Origin: the human T2T-CHM13v2.0 reference genome, Homo sapiens
NCBI RefSeq assembly: GCF_009914755.1
Contig: NC_060938.1
Strand: one strand, 5' to 3'
Length of the DNA: 64,000 nucleotides
The position numbers and the translations under genes were made by a program. Positions 20,252 to 33,150 of this stretch are shown here, one piece after another. Positions within the stretch are counted from its first letter, which is position 1; each line of letters begins with the position of its first letter. The notes beneath the pieces are model-generated. The model ran no database searches and was not told the DNA's origin. It was given only the letters and a program-made list of their open reading frames with translations.

Positions 20252-20319
20252 TATATTCTCTATTGGCTAAAAATAATAAATTTCTCACTTTTAATACAAT
20301 AGGTTTCACTCTCATCTAC

Positions 20320-20703
20320 TGTATTAGTTCATTTTCACACTGCTATAAAGAACTGCCTGAGACTGGGTAATTTATAGAAGAGAGAGTTTTAATTAACTCA
20401 CAGTTCTGCATGGCTGCAGAGGGCTCAGAAAACTTAGAATCATGGCGGAAGGTGAAGGGGAAGCAAGGCACCTTCAACACAAGGCAGCAGGAAGGAGAAT
20501 GAATGCAGAAGGAACTACCAAACACTTATAAAACCATCAGATCTCATGAGAACTCACTCACTATCACAAGAACAGCACGGGGAAATTGCCCACATGATTC
20601 AGTTACCTCCACCTGGTCTCTCCCTTGACATTAGGGATTATGGGAATTATGGAGATTACAATTCAAGATGATGTTTACATGGGGACACAGCCAAACCATA
20701 TCA
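20320..20703 (-). mobile_element. THE1D-like MaLR solo LTR
   Basis: TGTATTAGTTCATTTTCACACTGCTATAAAG ... AGCCAAACCATATCA. 5-bp TSD TCTAC/TTTAC. Confidence 0.88.
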
Positions 20704-20910
20704 TTTACTCTTCTACAAAAGCAGACAATTTTAGCACCTAGGTGGTCTACTTCTGAAACAGAAATTCATTAGTTACAGAATTATCTCTACAACCTGTCCT
20801 TACAACACACACATCATTACCATGTCATATGTAAAATAGAATAACCTTCTTTGTTTCTTCTAAGAATAAGTTAAATGCAAGGGCTTTAAAGCAGACCTAT
20901 GCCATACACC

Positions 20911-21082
20911 AATGATTCTCAACTTTAGCCTGCATTAGAATTACCAGGAGGACTTATTAAAATACAGATGGCTGGGTATCTACCCAAGAGTGTCTGATTC
21001 AATAGATCTCAGGTGGAGACTGAGAATTTGCATTTCTAGTAAGTTTCTGGGAGATGCTGATCAGAACATAATGAGAACGACT
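20911..21082. mobile_element. MER5A-like MITE
   Basis: GATTCTCAACTTTAGCCTGCATTAGAATTACC...GAGAATTTGCATTTCTAGTAAG...GAGAACGACTG. Confidence 0.75.
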
Positions 21083-23282
21083 GCTTTGCATCAATCTTTG
21101 TAAGATTATGACTTTCCAACTCAACTTTAAATGCCAAATGAAACTAACATTTTAAGCTCTAATTCCATGTAACTGAAGGCAAATGATATTATTTAATATT
21201 TACTACTTTACTGTTATTTTAATCTTTTCTTTCTACCATACACAAAAGAGGAGAGGAAATTATGTTTATTCTAACTCTACTATATGTCAGATATAATACA
21301 ATCTACCAAACCAAATGAAACAAAATCTTTCTTTCAGAACCCCCAAAAACACCCTATTTGCCTGAAGATTGCATCACATTCCTAAACTTACTGTGTGTAT
21401 TTCAAAGATGCTTATGGTCACTCAAGTAGGTTAGCTATAAACCCCCAAAAAAATTCACACTCTGCCTCACTGTTCTCATCAACTGTAGAAAATCCTTTAT
21501 TTGTTTCATAAGAAGTCAAAACACCCTAAATAAGTATAAATTGTGAGTTTATGGATAGGAAAGGCCACAATAACTCCTTCCCAAGCATGAAAGACCCTGA
21601 TCTCAAATCTTAGTCTCTAAAGAATCTGGTGTTTCATAAAAAAACAAAATCATACCCCTAATTGATGGTTGAATTCAAATGACTAGAAGCAACAAGTTGT
21701 TCAGCATTGCTTTCAGAAACCCAGTGAAATGAAGCAAAGATAGCGGCTTATGTTTTGAACAAGCTGTGAGATTGTCTCAGCTCATTTTTGTGGAACTGAA
21801 GCCTTGTCTATAAAGGTGTCTTAGGGAGAAGTGAAGCACCATGCCTATCACCACGGAAATAAGCTTTATGTGCTGTATTTGTCAAGGTCTGCTGGATATA
21901 TGAGGAAAATAGCAGCAGTGACAGAGAAAATGCTTTTACCTCTTTCTAAATGAATATGGCAGATGTTGACCAGGAATAACTAAAGATTCTTCTTTCTTGG
22001 TAAAATGAGCATGTGTACTTTATAAAGACATATTCTCCAAGATATGCTTATTAAAATATGTAATTAATCATCCTCTTTAAATCTCACAAACAGAAAATAT
22101 TAGAGCCAAGGCCAAAGATCTGTGTCAAAAAGCATAGCAATTCCATCTGTTGGTTAAATAAAATTATAAAGTATTCTCTGCATTCTACTGCTGTGTAACC
22201 TGGATTTTCCTAAGTACATCTGGATGTTTAAAAAGTGATCATTTTAAGAGTCATGACTGGATTACATTGATCTTGCTATTCGACTGCTTGAATTGTTCAA
22301 TTCAAGATTCAAAAAATCTTGAATTACCTCAGAGACATTAGGAATGCTCTTACCTGTATCTGTGAACTGTTCCTACTGTTATCACTTGAATCTGCCATTT
22401 TTCTCCTCTTCCACTCTGTCTGCTTCAATGACAGCTTACTTTTTGGTACTTCAGCTAAAGCCTCTGCCACTGGTTAGCTGCATGAAATCACTTTAACTCT
22501 GTCTATAGTGCCCATGCTAGTAAAGTTTAGGCTTAAACTGAATCCCTTAGTATATGTAAAATTACTTTTGTAAATGTAAAGATTGTATATAGCTGACACC
22601 ACAAATGAGGGCTTGCCTGATGCATTTTGCCACTTCATTTAAAAGGCATAAAATGAGAGTTATTATACGCTGAGAAAGAAGCAGCTAACCAGATGCTAAT
22701 TTAGCACAAGGATTCTGGGAAATTATTGCCCTAACTATAAGTGTTTGCCCTCTTCCCTTTTCACTGGATGCTAATTACCAGTGAATTTCCCTGAGTTTTG
22801 CATTTTGCAGCTGTTACATTTAGCAGGCAGAAAGAGACTGGAGGGTGAGGCAAAGACTGAGGTGAACAGGAAAGAGAGAGGAGCCTGTAGCTAACTCCCT
22901 TGTGTACTGTATTTGATAACATCTGAGGATCAAAGTAGAAGATCTGGGGAATCTGCTCCTGAAAAGATGAAGTGGCTCTTTCCCACCATTCCTACATCAG
23001 AGGCTATAGCTCTAGACTCTGTAGCTAAGAAGGCTGGTGAACTACGTAGTTTGTACAGGGACTGATAACCTGCCACCTCCTAGAGGCAAAGACCATTAGG
23101 TCTGCCTCCCAAGAATCAAATATTCAGCCAAGACATCCTTCACCCAGCAGGGAGAATCAAACATACTTGCATATTTGCAACATTGTACAAATATGCCAGG
23201 AACCATTTTAGAGAACATTTAAGAAAGGATTCTAACCAAACAACAATGAATCCAATTACAGACCTAAAAAAATGGGCAGGTA

Positions 23283-25600
23283 GAGACTTCTAGTTACAGC
23301 TTCCACATGGAAAGAGCTCCTCACTCTCATCTTTACCTTAAGAAAAAAGCTACACAGACTGGAAGCCAATGATGTTTTTTGGAGCCATAGAAGAAGAAAT
23401 GAAGTGACAGGACAAAATAGCACACTGAAAATTTGAGAGACAAGTGAATACAGAGAATCAGTCAAAGTCAGCTTACCAGAAGCGGAAGTTGCTATAAACT
23501 ACTAGGAGCACTTAAAAGGTAACATTGAGAACAAGAACACATGGACATAGGAAGGGGAACATCACACTCTGGGGACTGTCGTGGGGTGGGGGACGGGGGA
23601 GGGATAGCATTAGGAGATATACCTAATTGTAAATGATGAGTTAATGGGTGCAGCACACCAGCATGGCACATGTATACATATGTAACTAACCTGCACATTG
23701 TGCACATGTACCCTAAAACTTAAAGTATAATAATAATAAAAGAAAAGAAAAAAAAATTCCCACAAAGGGATACCTACAATATAACTTTAATTAAAAAGTT
23801 TTGTTTACACACTTAAAAAAAAAAAAAGGTAACATTGATGAATCACTGGAGACAACGTGTGGACTAAAGTGAGAATGAGAAACTTATAGGGGTTACAGTT
23901 TTGGGAGATACCCACACTTTCATGGGTTTTTCTTCCAGGAACTCCACCAGGTTCTCATGGTGAAGAGACAAGAAAAACACTCCTGTCTCTGACAGGAGGT
24001 TGGAAAAATTTACCATTTTTTAGTACCCACAGAGTATTTTCCATAACAAAGGCCAATACTCCAAATAAAAAGGACTTTACCAGAGCCTTTTCTGATGTAA
24101 GAGAAGTGAAATTACCCAATTCCAATTCTCTACAATCTCTTTCAGAAAACAGAATCAGAGGAAGTACCTCCTAACCCATTCTATAAGGCCAGAACTATCC
24201 TATTACCAAAATTATATAGACAACAGAAGAAAGCCAATCTCTCATGAACATAGACACAAGAACCCTCCACAGTATACTGACAAACTAAATCCAGCAATGT
24301 ATAATAAGAATTATGCTCCACAACCAAATGGGGATTTATTACAGGTACGGAAGGTTGATTGTGCAATTGAAAATCAGTTAATCTACCACATTAACAGAGT
24401 AAAGAAGAAAAAGCATTTGAAAAAACCTAACACCCATTCATGATGAAAATTCTTAAGCCAGGAATAGAGAGCACCTTCTTCACCTTGATAAGAACATCTG
24501 CAAAATAGGTATAGCTGACATTATACTTAATGGTAAGAAACTGGATACTTGCCCTCTAAGATGCAAAACAAGGGAAGCATGTCTCTTCTCATCACTCCTA
24601 GTCAACATCTTACTAGAAGTCTTAGTATAAGAAGAAATGTTCTACATACGGGGAAGAGAGAAATGAAATGGTTTAGTTTACAGATGGTACGACTGCCCAT
24701 ACAGAAAATTTCAGAGAATCAACAAAACAACTCCTGATATGAATAAGTGATTATAGAAAGGTAGCAGAATAGAAGGTTAAAAGCAAGTCAGTTGATTTCT
24801 GTATGGTAGCAATAAGCAATTTGAACGTGAAATTATAAACACAATGCCATTTATGTTATCACCAAAAAAAAAAACCAGGTATAAATCTAACAAACTATGT
24901 ACAAGATCAACACGAGGAAAGCTACATAACTCTGATTAAATAAATTTTAAAAGATAGAAATAAGTGGGATCTATAGGAAGATTCAATAGTGTTAAGATGT
25001 CATTTCTTCTCAACTTGATCTAGAGAGTCAACATAATTCCCCAAAATTCCAAAAAATTATTTTTTGGATATCAGCAATATGATTCTACAGTTTAAACAAA
25101 AAGGCAAAAGACCCAGAATAGCCCACACAATACTGAAGAAAAATAAAGTTGGGGGACGAACTCTACCTGACTTTAAGACTCACTATATCAACAGAGTGTG
25201 GTATTGACAAAACAATACATGAATAGATTAATGGAACAGAAGAGAAAGCCCAGATATAGACCCAAACAAATAAAAACTTTTGCTATCCAAAATACACTGT
25301 TAAGAATATCAGAAGACAAGCCACAGACTTGGAGAACATCTTTTCAAAATACATATCTGATATAAAACTGGTAACCAAACGATTTTATAAGCACTTAAAA
25401 TTCAAACATAAGAAAACAAATAACCAAATTTTTTAAATGGGCAAAAGATCTGAACATATACCTCGCCAATTGAGACATACAGCTCCTGAAAAGATGCTAT
25501 CTTCATTTTTCATCAGATAATTATAAACTAAAACAACAAAATAGCACTACACACCCACACCCATAGGAGAAACCCATGTTGCCTATCCAATTGGAAATGT
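23283..25600 (+). mobile_element. Old L1M (L1MC/MD-like) 5' UTR joined to degraded ORF2 and 3' sequence
   Basis: GACTTCTAGTTACAGCTTCCACATGGAAAGAGC resembles an L1M 5' end. 24140-25560 shows decayed ORF2 motifs (ATCTCTCATGAACATAGACACAAG; CTACCTGACTTTAAGACTCACTAT). Confidence 0.7.
23529..23823 (+). mobile_element. Short 5'-truncated L1PA3-like 3' UTR insertion with a 58-bp 3' transduction
   Basis: L1 3' UTR and A-tail to 23756, unique segment 23757-23814, second A-tail. Perfect 15-bp TSD AAAAGGTAACATTGA at 23514-23528 and 23824-23838. Confidence 0.93.
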
Positions 25601-25613
25601 TTTTAAAAGCAGA

Positions 25614-26850
25614 AAGCACAGGGGAAAAACTTCAGGACATTTGTTTGGGCAAAGATTTCTTGAGTAAGACCTAAAAAGCATAGGCAACAAAAGCAAAAAT
25701 TTACAAATGGGATTACTTCATGCCAAAAAGCTTCTGCACAGCAACCAACAAAGTGAAAAGACAACCCACATAATTGAAGAAGATATTTGCAAACTATCCA
25801 TCTGACCAGGTAATAATAACCGGAATAGGTAAGGAGCTCAGACATCAATAGCAAGAGAACAAATAATCTGATTTTTAAATGGACAAAAAAATCTGAATAG
25901 ACATTTCTTAAAAGAAGACATACAAATGGCCAACAGGTACATGGAAAAATGCACAACATCACTGATTATCATAGAAATGCAAATTAAAACCACAGTGAGA
26001 TGTCAATTCACTCAAGTTAAAATGGCTTTTATCAAAAAGACAGGAAATAACAGATGCTGGTGAATATGTGGAGAAAAGGGAAACTTTGTATGCTATTAGT
26101 GGAAATGTAAAATAGTACAGCCATTATGGAAAGCAGTATGGAAGGTCCTCAAAAAACTAAAAACAGACCTACCATATGAACTAGCAATTCCACTACTGGG
26201 TATATATCCAAAAGAAAAGAAAAGAAATATATCAAAGAGATATCTGCATGCCCATGTTTATTGCAGCACTATTCACAATACCCAATATATGGAATCAATC
26301 TAAGTGCTCATCAGCAAATGAATGGATTTTTTTAATGTGTTATAAATACACAATGGAATATTATTTGGCCATAAAAAGAATGAAATCTCATCATTTGCAG
26401 CAACATGGATCAACTGAAGGCCATTATGTTAAGTGAAACAAGCCAAGCACAGAAAGACAAATATCACATGTTCTCATTCACATGTGGGAGCTAAAAAAGT
26501 GGATCTCATGAAGATAGAGAGTACATTGGTGGTTACCAGAGGCTAGAAAAGGTGGGATGAAGGGAGATAAAGAGAGGTTGATTAATGGGTACAAATATAC
26601 ATTTAGATAAAAGAAATAAGACCTAGTGTTTAATAGATCAGTGAAGTGACTATAATTAATTTTAATTAATTGTGCATTTCAATATAGGTAGAAGAGAATA
26701 ATTCAAATGTTCCTAAAGATAAATATTTAAGGTGATGGATATCCCAAGTACCCTGATTTAGTTATGTGAATGTATCAAATTATCACATGTACCCTGAAAA
26801 TATGTACATCTAATATGTATCAACAAAATGAGTATATTAAATATAATGGT
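25614..26850 (+). mobile_element. L1MA (L1MA3-like) 3' portion
   Basis: ORF2 C-terminal remnant (MFIAALFTI...WNQ). 3' UTR AAAAGTGGATCTCATGAAGATAGAGA...TATGTACATCTAATATGTATCAAC. Possible TSD AAAAGCAGA at 25605-25613 and 26851-26859. Confidence 0.85.
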
Positions 26851-27387
26851 AAAAGCAGAGAACAAGTTTAACCAAGAGACAGCAGATGGCTCCTCTGATA
26901 CCAACAGCATGTCCCCTGGTTAAATTGTAAAGATCAGTGATCCAGGGAGACCCAGAAAGTGTAGATCCCTGTGAGTGAATGACTAACCAACATAACATTA
27001 CTCCTAACTATACCCCTGGTGTTTCCTTAGTAGGGAAGAGTATTTTTAGGACCTATGGAGAAAAGAGGTTGGCACAGGGTGAGGAAATGCATGAAAACAG
27101 GAAGGGTTCCCTTATAAGCCCCCAGGATAGTGGGGAGTTTTATTATCTTGGAGATGAGGGAGATAGACCAGCCTCCAATATTTCTATTGCAGCCACTGAG
27201 GCAGCTGACCACTTTTACTTTAAAACCCATTGTTTGCAGCATTTTACACCATGGGCTGAGATATAGCAGTGCCTAAACAAGAACTTGGGTCCCTTTGAGA
27301 TTACTGTCATCAGCATCTCAGGAAATATTTGAGGTATAGATTTTTTTGTTTGCATGATGAAGGAGCAATGTTTGTATCATTGAAAAC

Positions 27388-27455
27388 AAGTACTTTTAGT
27401 ACAGCATAGCTCCCACACTAGAATCACTGTTCTTCAAATAAAAATTTTAAATGTT
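27388..27455 (+). repeat. 68-bp dispersed direct repeat, copy 1
   Basis: 61/68 identical to 28703-28770. Confidence 0.93.
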
Positions 27456-28702
27456 TTATGTGTTGACTTATAATGCTGGGCAGTCATTTCTCTTACTTTC
27501 TTGAACTGGATGCCTGGTGGACTTTGGTATACATTCTACCATCAGGGAGATTTTCTCAGAGAACATAAATATAAACTGAAATATCACCACTGTGGCTGTA
27601 GCTACTTGAGACAGCTTGCTGTGTTAGCATAATTTTGTGAGTACCTGGGTGTCATGGGAAAACTTCAAACAATGTTTTTGTCTAGTAGAAAACAAACATG
27701 TGCAAACAATTCTACTATAACTCACTAGATCCTTGTTTGAAAGCTCCACTTGTAATGGAACCACTATAAAAAACACGGATACCCAAAGAAGAAATTTTTT
27801 GACACACAGAGGAGTCACTGATAACCCACAAAACTTGCACTATTTTCCAATTTTCCTATCTGTTCAACCCAAACCTCTACAGGGCTAGTTGGTCGGTCTG
27901 ATTTTGATAATTTACAAAGGGCACTCTACTGTATTTTCCTCTGCCTTGATTAATCTACAAGACCTCTATCAGGTAAATGGAACACGAGTAATTCAAGGAC
28001 TTTTTAAGTGATACAAATATTAGGTAGAACAGTAAAATATTATATTGTATGTCAATTTTCATTTGACCATAGCAGATGGAAAAACAAGTTGCATTGCTTA
28101 GATCAGTAACACTTGGATGGAAACAATCTTGAATGCTGACTTGGCCTCAAATAGATCTATAGCTGTCTTCTATCCACAGAGATCACTATAATGACAAAGC
28201 AGCAATTCCTAATGCCTTTCTGAAAAAGGACAGTCTGGCTTATCCCTAAGGGGTAATGAAAGAAATTTACTGGTTGGGTAGCAACTCATCCAACCTTATA
28301 AAATATGTTAGGGGTTGAGGGATACTTAATAACCCTGTCTCCTTTTGTATTTCAAACACACACAAACCATTCTAGCCTTTCTTAGACTCTTTAGAGTAGT
28401 GACTCACAGTACAACTCATTTTTATGTAAGATTTGTCATTCATAAACTCTCCCAGCTTTTCCATAGCAACCTCACCACTCCACCAAAAAAATGCAGATTT
28501 TTTGTTATTGATTTGTTCATATTCCTTGGCTATTAACTCTAACCACTGTATAGTAATGGCTTTCAATTTTAAATGAAGGTATTTATGTCTGCATTAGGAA
28601 ATCCTATCACTATACTGAATAGTACGTAGATTTTAAAAACAGCCCTGCTGACACAGGTTCTGCCACTGCATGACAATTTTCCTTCAGTTATTTTATTCTG
28701 TG

Positions 28703-28770
28703 AAGTACTTTTAGTACAGCATAGCTCCCATATTAGAGTTATTATTCTTCAAATAAAAATTTAAAATGTT
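28703..28770 (+). repeat. 68-bp dispersed direct repeat, copy 2
   Basis: First 28 bp identical to copy 1; 7 mismatches overall. Confidence 0.93.
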
Positions 28771-28799
28771 AAAGATATTAGCATTATTAAAAATCATTT

Positions 28800-29770
28800 T
28801 ACTCATTCATTCCTTCAGTAAATATTTGTTGAGAATTTAACATACGTCAATGTTCTTGATGTTAAAGCAGTGGAAAAAAAAAAGTCCCTACTCTCCTGGG
28901 ACTTACATGAGGGAGGAGATGGACAATAAACAAATCAACATGTAACATGTCAGGTGGTGATGAGTAATATGAACAAGGTCTAGGTAAGTGAGAAAAGAGT
29001 ATTGTGACAGATTTGGAAGGGATGAAAACATCTAGGCTTTTATTTTAGACAAGGTATTGTCTTAGTCACTTTGTACTGCTATAACAAAGTAGTATAGACA
29101 GGGTGGCCAGCACACAAAAGAAATTCCTCACAGTTCTGGAGATAGAAAATTCAGATTAGGGTGCCAGCATGGTTTTGTGTTCTGGTTAGGACCCTCATCC
29201 AGGTTGCATACTGCTGGCTTCTCATTGTATCCTAATGTGGTGGAAAGAAGTCCAGAGAGCTCTCTAGGGACTCTTTTATAGGGGCACTAATCTGATTCAT
29301 GAAAGCTCCACCCTTATACCTAGCCACCTCCCAAAGACTCCGCCTCCTAATACCATTACATTGAGATAAAGATTTCAACAAATGAATTCTGGAGGGATAC
29401 AAACATTCAGTCTATTGTGAGTAATGAAGAAAGACCCTAATGAATTGATGACATTTGAGCAAATGTCCAAAGGAGATGAGAGAGCAGGCCATGTGGACAG
29501 AGAAAGAGAAAGAAGAAGATGGATCAGAGAAGTTGCCAGCAGGAGACAACACCTGTAGGCCCTATAGGCAATAGTAATAGTATTGGATTTTATTTTGAGC
29601 AAATAGGAAAGTCGTTAGAAATTTTGAGCAGAGGAGTAACTTGACTGACAAGATGTTTCAAGAATCACCACGGCTATGGAAGAAGCTTATACTGTAGTGG
29701 GGGCTGAGATGGAAAGGGAGAAACCAGTTGGGAAACTTTAGAAACAATAATCATTCAAATGGAATATAAC
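28800..29770 (-). mobile_element. L2a fragment interrupted by MLT1A
   Basis: CATTCATTCCTTCAGTAAATATTTGTTGAG 3' end; resumes at GAAAGACCCTAATGAATTGATGACATTTGAGC. Confidence 0.75.
29057..29418 (-). mobile_element. MLT1A0-like MaLR LTR
   Basis: TGTCTTAGTC...TGCTATAACAAAGTA...CTCACAGTTCTGGAG...GGATACAAACATTCAGTCTAT. Confidence 0.82.
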
Positions 29771-30339
29771 TAGTATTTAGGAAGCAATTAATAAGAATGT
29801 ATTATTTATCTTAACAAAATTTAATTTACAGATTTTGCAGTGCAAATATTCTGTGAAGTGCACTTGTGATTCACAGAAAAAGAAAGGTCATGTAATTGAG
29901 TACGTCCACTAAGTTGCTCTAAATTGAAAAGTAAATTATTATTTCCAATTTTTCTTAAAATGCTATTACATCAAAAGGGCAAATAAGTAACAAAAGCTAC
30001 AAATCAAATCAAATCACTATTAGAAAGGCCATGCTTATGCAACCTCTCATCTCACAATGCACAAACAGCCGCCAGCTCCAGTAGAATTACCTCCTTATCA
30101 TTTGCCAGATTAAAAAAAATCATTCCCGTGGTTGTGATTTGACTTGTTATTCTTTCTGCAATGTATCTCTAACTCTGTTTCGCTAATTAATGCCCACAAC
30201 TTCATTCAAATCCCTCTGTAAGGCTCATTTTCATCAGTACACTTTCTGTGATTAATGTCACCACATGCTGAGCATACCCCCTACTTTGCAAGTATAAGTA
30301 CTAAGGAAAATGCAATTTATACAACATTATACATTAGGT

Positions 30340-30590
30340 GAGAGGCAGCAGAGTTGAGCCAAAAAAAAAAAAAAAACAACTGTAGGCTGCAAAATCAGAA
30401 TTCAGAATCTTAATCTACCTCAATTGTGGAAACTTATGCAAGATGTCTAACCCTTCTAACTTCCTTTCCTTGTTTATACAGTAGACAATGGGAATAATAA
30501 TGCTTACACCATATGTCTGTTGTGAAAATCATTTAGATGAGAGTAATTGCTATCATGTATGAGGCACTTATTATAGAATCTGGCTCCAGA
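30340..30590 (+). mobile_element. MIR SINE (degraded)
   Basis: ATGGGAATAATAATGCTTACACCATATGTCTGTTGTGAAAATC...GGCACTTA. Confidence 0.6.
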
Positions 30591-30759
30591 GATCATACCT
30601 TTAATCATTACCCAGTACGGTCTGTTTGATATCATTTATAAGACACCTAGTCCAGTGTTTGATATTTAGACCTTAAAGCAAATAATAGTTGTATTTTCAG
30701 TTTTGTTCTTCCCTGATATCATTTTCTTCCAAAAAAAAATTGACATCTTTCTTCTGCAA

Positions 30760-31195
30760 AAAAGGGAGTCTCAGGCCCACAGAGAGAAGAGGAACTTCCT
30801 CTGGCCATTTATTTCTGGTGGGGCTCCCAGTTAATTCCCTTGTAGGTGATACCAAGCTTATCTGATGTTGGAGATTTTTTCATTTGATCTGAGGGCTGGC
30901 AGGGAGGAGGAGCATACCCGGGCTGCCTTCTGTTGCCAGTTAGGTGATCTGGAAACACCAGATCTGGATTCCATTTTCTACTGGGTGGTTGGAGGCAGGA
31001 TACAAGACATCCTGCCTCTGTGCTAGTCCTCAAATCCAGAGGTCCCAAACCAGCTTGCCGCCTTCTCAACATCTTTCAGAGTTATCTTTGCATTGATTCT
31101 TGCACCATTTCAAGGTTTACAGTTGTGCTTAGGAGGGGAGGAGCAGGGGAAAAAACAGGCCTAATGCCATCCTGTCAGCACTGGAGGAAGTTCCA
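30760..31195 (-). mobile_element. L1ME/L1M 5' UTR fragment
   Basis: CTTTCAGAGTTATC...GTTTACAGTTGTGCTTAGGAGGGGAGGAGCAGGGGAAAA...GCCATCCTG...GGAAGTTC resembles a reversed old L1M 5' end. Confidence 0.6.
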
Positions 31196-31362
31196 CCATT
31201 GCTTTAAATAACTACTTAACTACTTTCATATTTTTGAGAGGAAGAATGCAATAATATGACTTCAGAATAAATAAATAATGGAAGAATTTCAAAACAGCAC
31301 GAGGCTTTGCTTTGAACTATCCAATATTCTTGAGACTGCAAATTGTATAGGAATAGGGAAGA

Positions 31363-31419
31363 GTTTCTCTCATGAGTTTTCTTCCAATCACGTTTCTCTC
31401 ATGAGTTTTCTTCCAATCA
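31363..31419 (+). repeat. Perfect 28-bp tandem duplication with a 1-bp spacer
   Basis: GTTTCTCTCATGAGTTTTCTTCCAATCA at 31363-31390 and 31392-31419. Confidence 0.97.
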
Positions 31420-32029
31420 GAAAAAAAATATGAGACTTTCTTGTGGATTTCAACATATCTAATCATATACCTGTTGGCAATCTAGAAGAGAAGAAATAGA
31501 CAAAAAATTCATAAAGAACTTATGTACATAGTATGTTCAGCTCAATTTTTATTTTATACAAAAATTTTGAAATAAAATTTACTTTCATGTACAAATTCAC
31601 ATTATATTTTATAGTTTATAAATGCAGCTAACATAAATCATTGTCTAAATTACTCTGTCATGTTATTTTGCTTAAATGTTTTCAATATAGTGAAGTTTTT
31701 CAATTTTTTTTTTAAAAGAGAACAGATATCAAATATAATTGAGCATTCCGATGCTCTCAGGGACATACTCTGCCTGTCTAGTCAGTGGCCCTGGCATTAT
31801 TCAGTAACTATTACTGACCATAGATGTCCATCATCATATCTAAGATATGTTCTAAAATATACTATTTGGTCAGATATTCACTGTTCTGAATTAATCAGGG
31901 GCCTAAATATTAGGTACTTGGTTATTGTAGCTTTTGAAGCAAACTTTACATCAAACTTAACTGAACTATACAAATAGTGGTTAGCTTCTAGTCTTTCAGG
32001 CTGAGTAAGATTCTGTATCTCTAATACAG

Positions 32030-32330
32030 TTTACTGAGTTTCAAGCACTTTTATAGACCCTAGAGATAAAGCAGTAAAGAAAACAAAGACCCATCTCTCA
32101 ATGAGTTTACATGTTATTAAGGGAAAGGCAAATAGTGAACAGGTAAACATACCAGTTGTTAGTTATTGAAAAGGATAAGGTGAGGGGACAGAGTATGACT
32201 GGAGAATGTAATATTTCATATTTTATATGCTCAGGAAAGACTTGTTTGAGAAGAGAATTTCTGTGTGAACTAAACAATTATGAGAGAGAGAAAAATTCCA
32301 GAGAAAATAAATTCAAAGTCATGAGGGGAG
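32030..32330 (-). mobile_element. L2 fragment
   Basis: TTTACTGAG...CTAGAGATAAAGCAGTAAAGAAAACAAAGACCC...TCAGGAAAGACTTGTTTGAG. Confidence 0.55.
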
Positions 32331-32405
32331 AATGTGTACTGCTTTCACACCATCATAAAGTTGCAAAAATTGTGAGTTGAACAATCCTAAGTCAGGGTCA
32401 ATCTG
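32331..32405. mobile_element. MER47 terminal fragment
   Basis: AATGTGTACTGCTTTCACACCATCATAAAGTTG...AAGTCAGGGTCAATCTG-TA, homologous to 20173-20251. Confidence 0.75.
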
Positions 32406-32719
32406 TACTTCATACAATATGTACTATATGTATACTTTACTTTCTTAGCTATGCATATGATATGTAAAACGCACACACAGGGACGCACATATAACAGTAT
32501 ACTTAAATAGGAACTTATTCAAAATGCAACAAAAATAACACTCTGAGGACTTTTATATAGAACTAATGATTTGCTTGCATTGAGGTGCCCTCTAGGGAAC
32601 TGCAGGCTGCAGATTCACAAAACAACCAAATTCTGAGACCACAGTCAGAAAGAACACCTTATTGACTTGAGATAAGGCATCAATATATAATGGATTGAAC
32701 TAGCCATGAGAAAGAGTGA

Positions 32720-33150
32720 TACACCCGTCTAGCCAATACATAAAAGGAAACTCTTCTAGAAATGAATGCTAAGGAAAAAATCAAAGATGCAAATAATAGA
32801 TATTTTAAAAGAGACACTCATAGCATTATCTATAATATTAAAAATTTGGGAAGAATCTAAATGTCCATTAATAGGATATGGTGAATTATGATATCTCCAT
32901 GTAGTGTAATAATATGCATCAATTAAAAAACAATTCTATAATAATATTTATTGCCATAGCAAACTACAATACAATTAAAATTTAGCATATAAAATGGCAT
33001 GGTCAACATATTACCATTTTTGTAAGAAGAACAATATGTAAGAAAATATTTTCAATTGTTATGTGTCTGATATTATTTTCATTTTTAGGTTTTTGTTTTC
33101 CTGTGTTCCTGTATCCATCTTAGGCCTTCATTGTAATGGAGAAAAAATAA
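32720..33150 (+). mobile_element. L1ME 3' fragment
   Basis: CATAGCATTATCTATAATATTAAAAATTTGGGAAGAATCTAAATGTCCATTAATAGG. Confidence 0.65.

Noticed and set aside
30855-30870. AGCTTATC-TGATGTTG resembles mature miR-21 missing 4 nt
   Set aside because: Gapped short match, no precursor hairpin seen, and it lies inside an old L1 5' UTR; chance.
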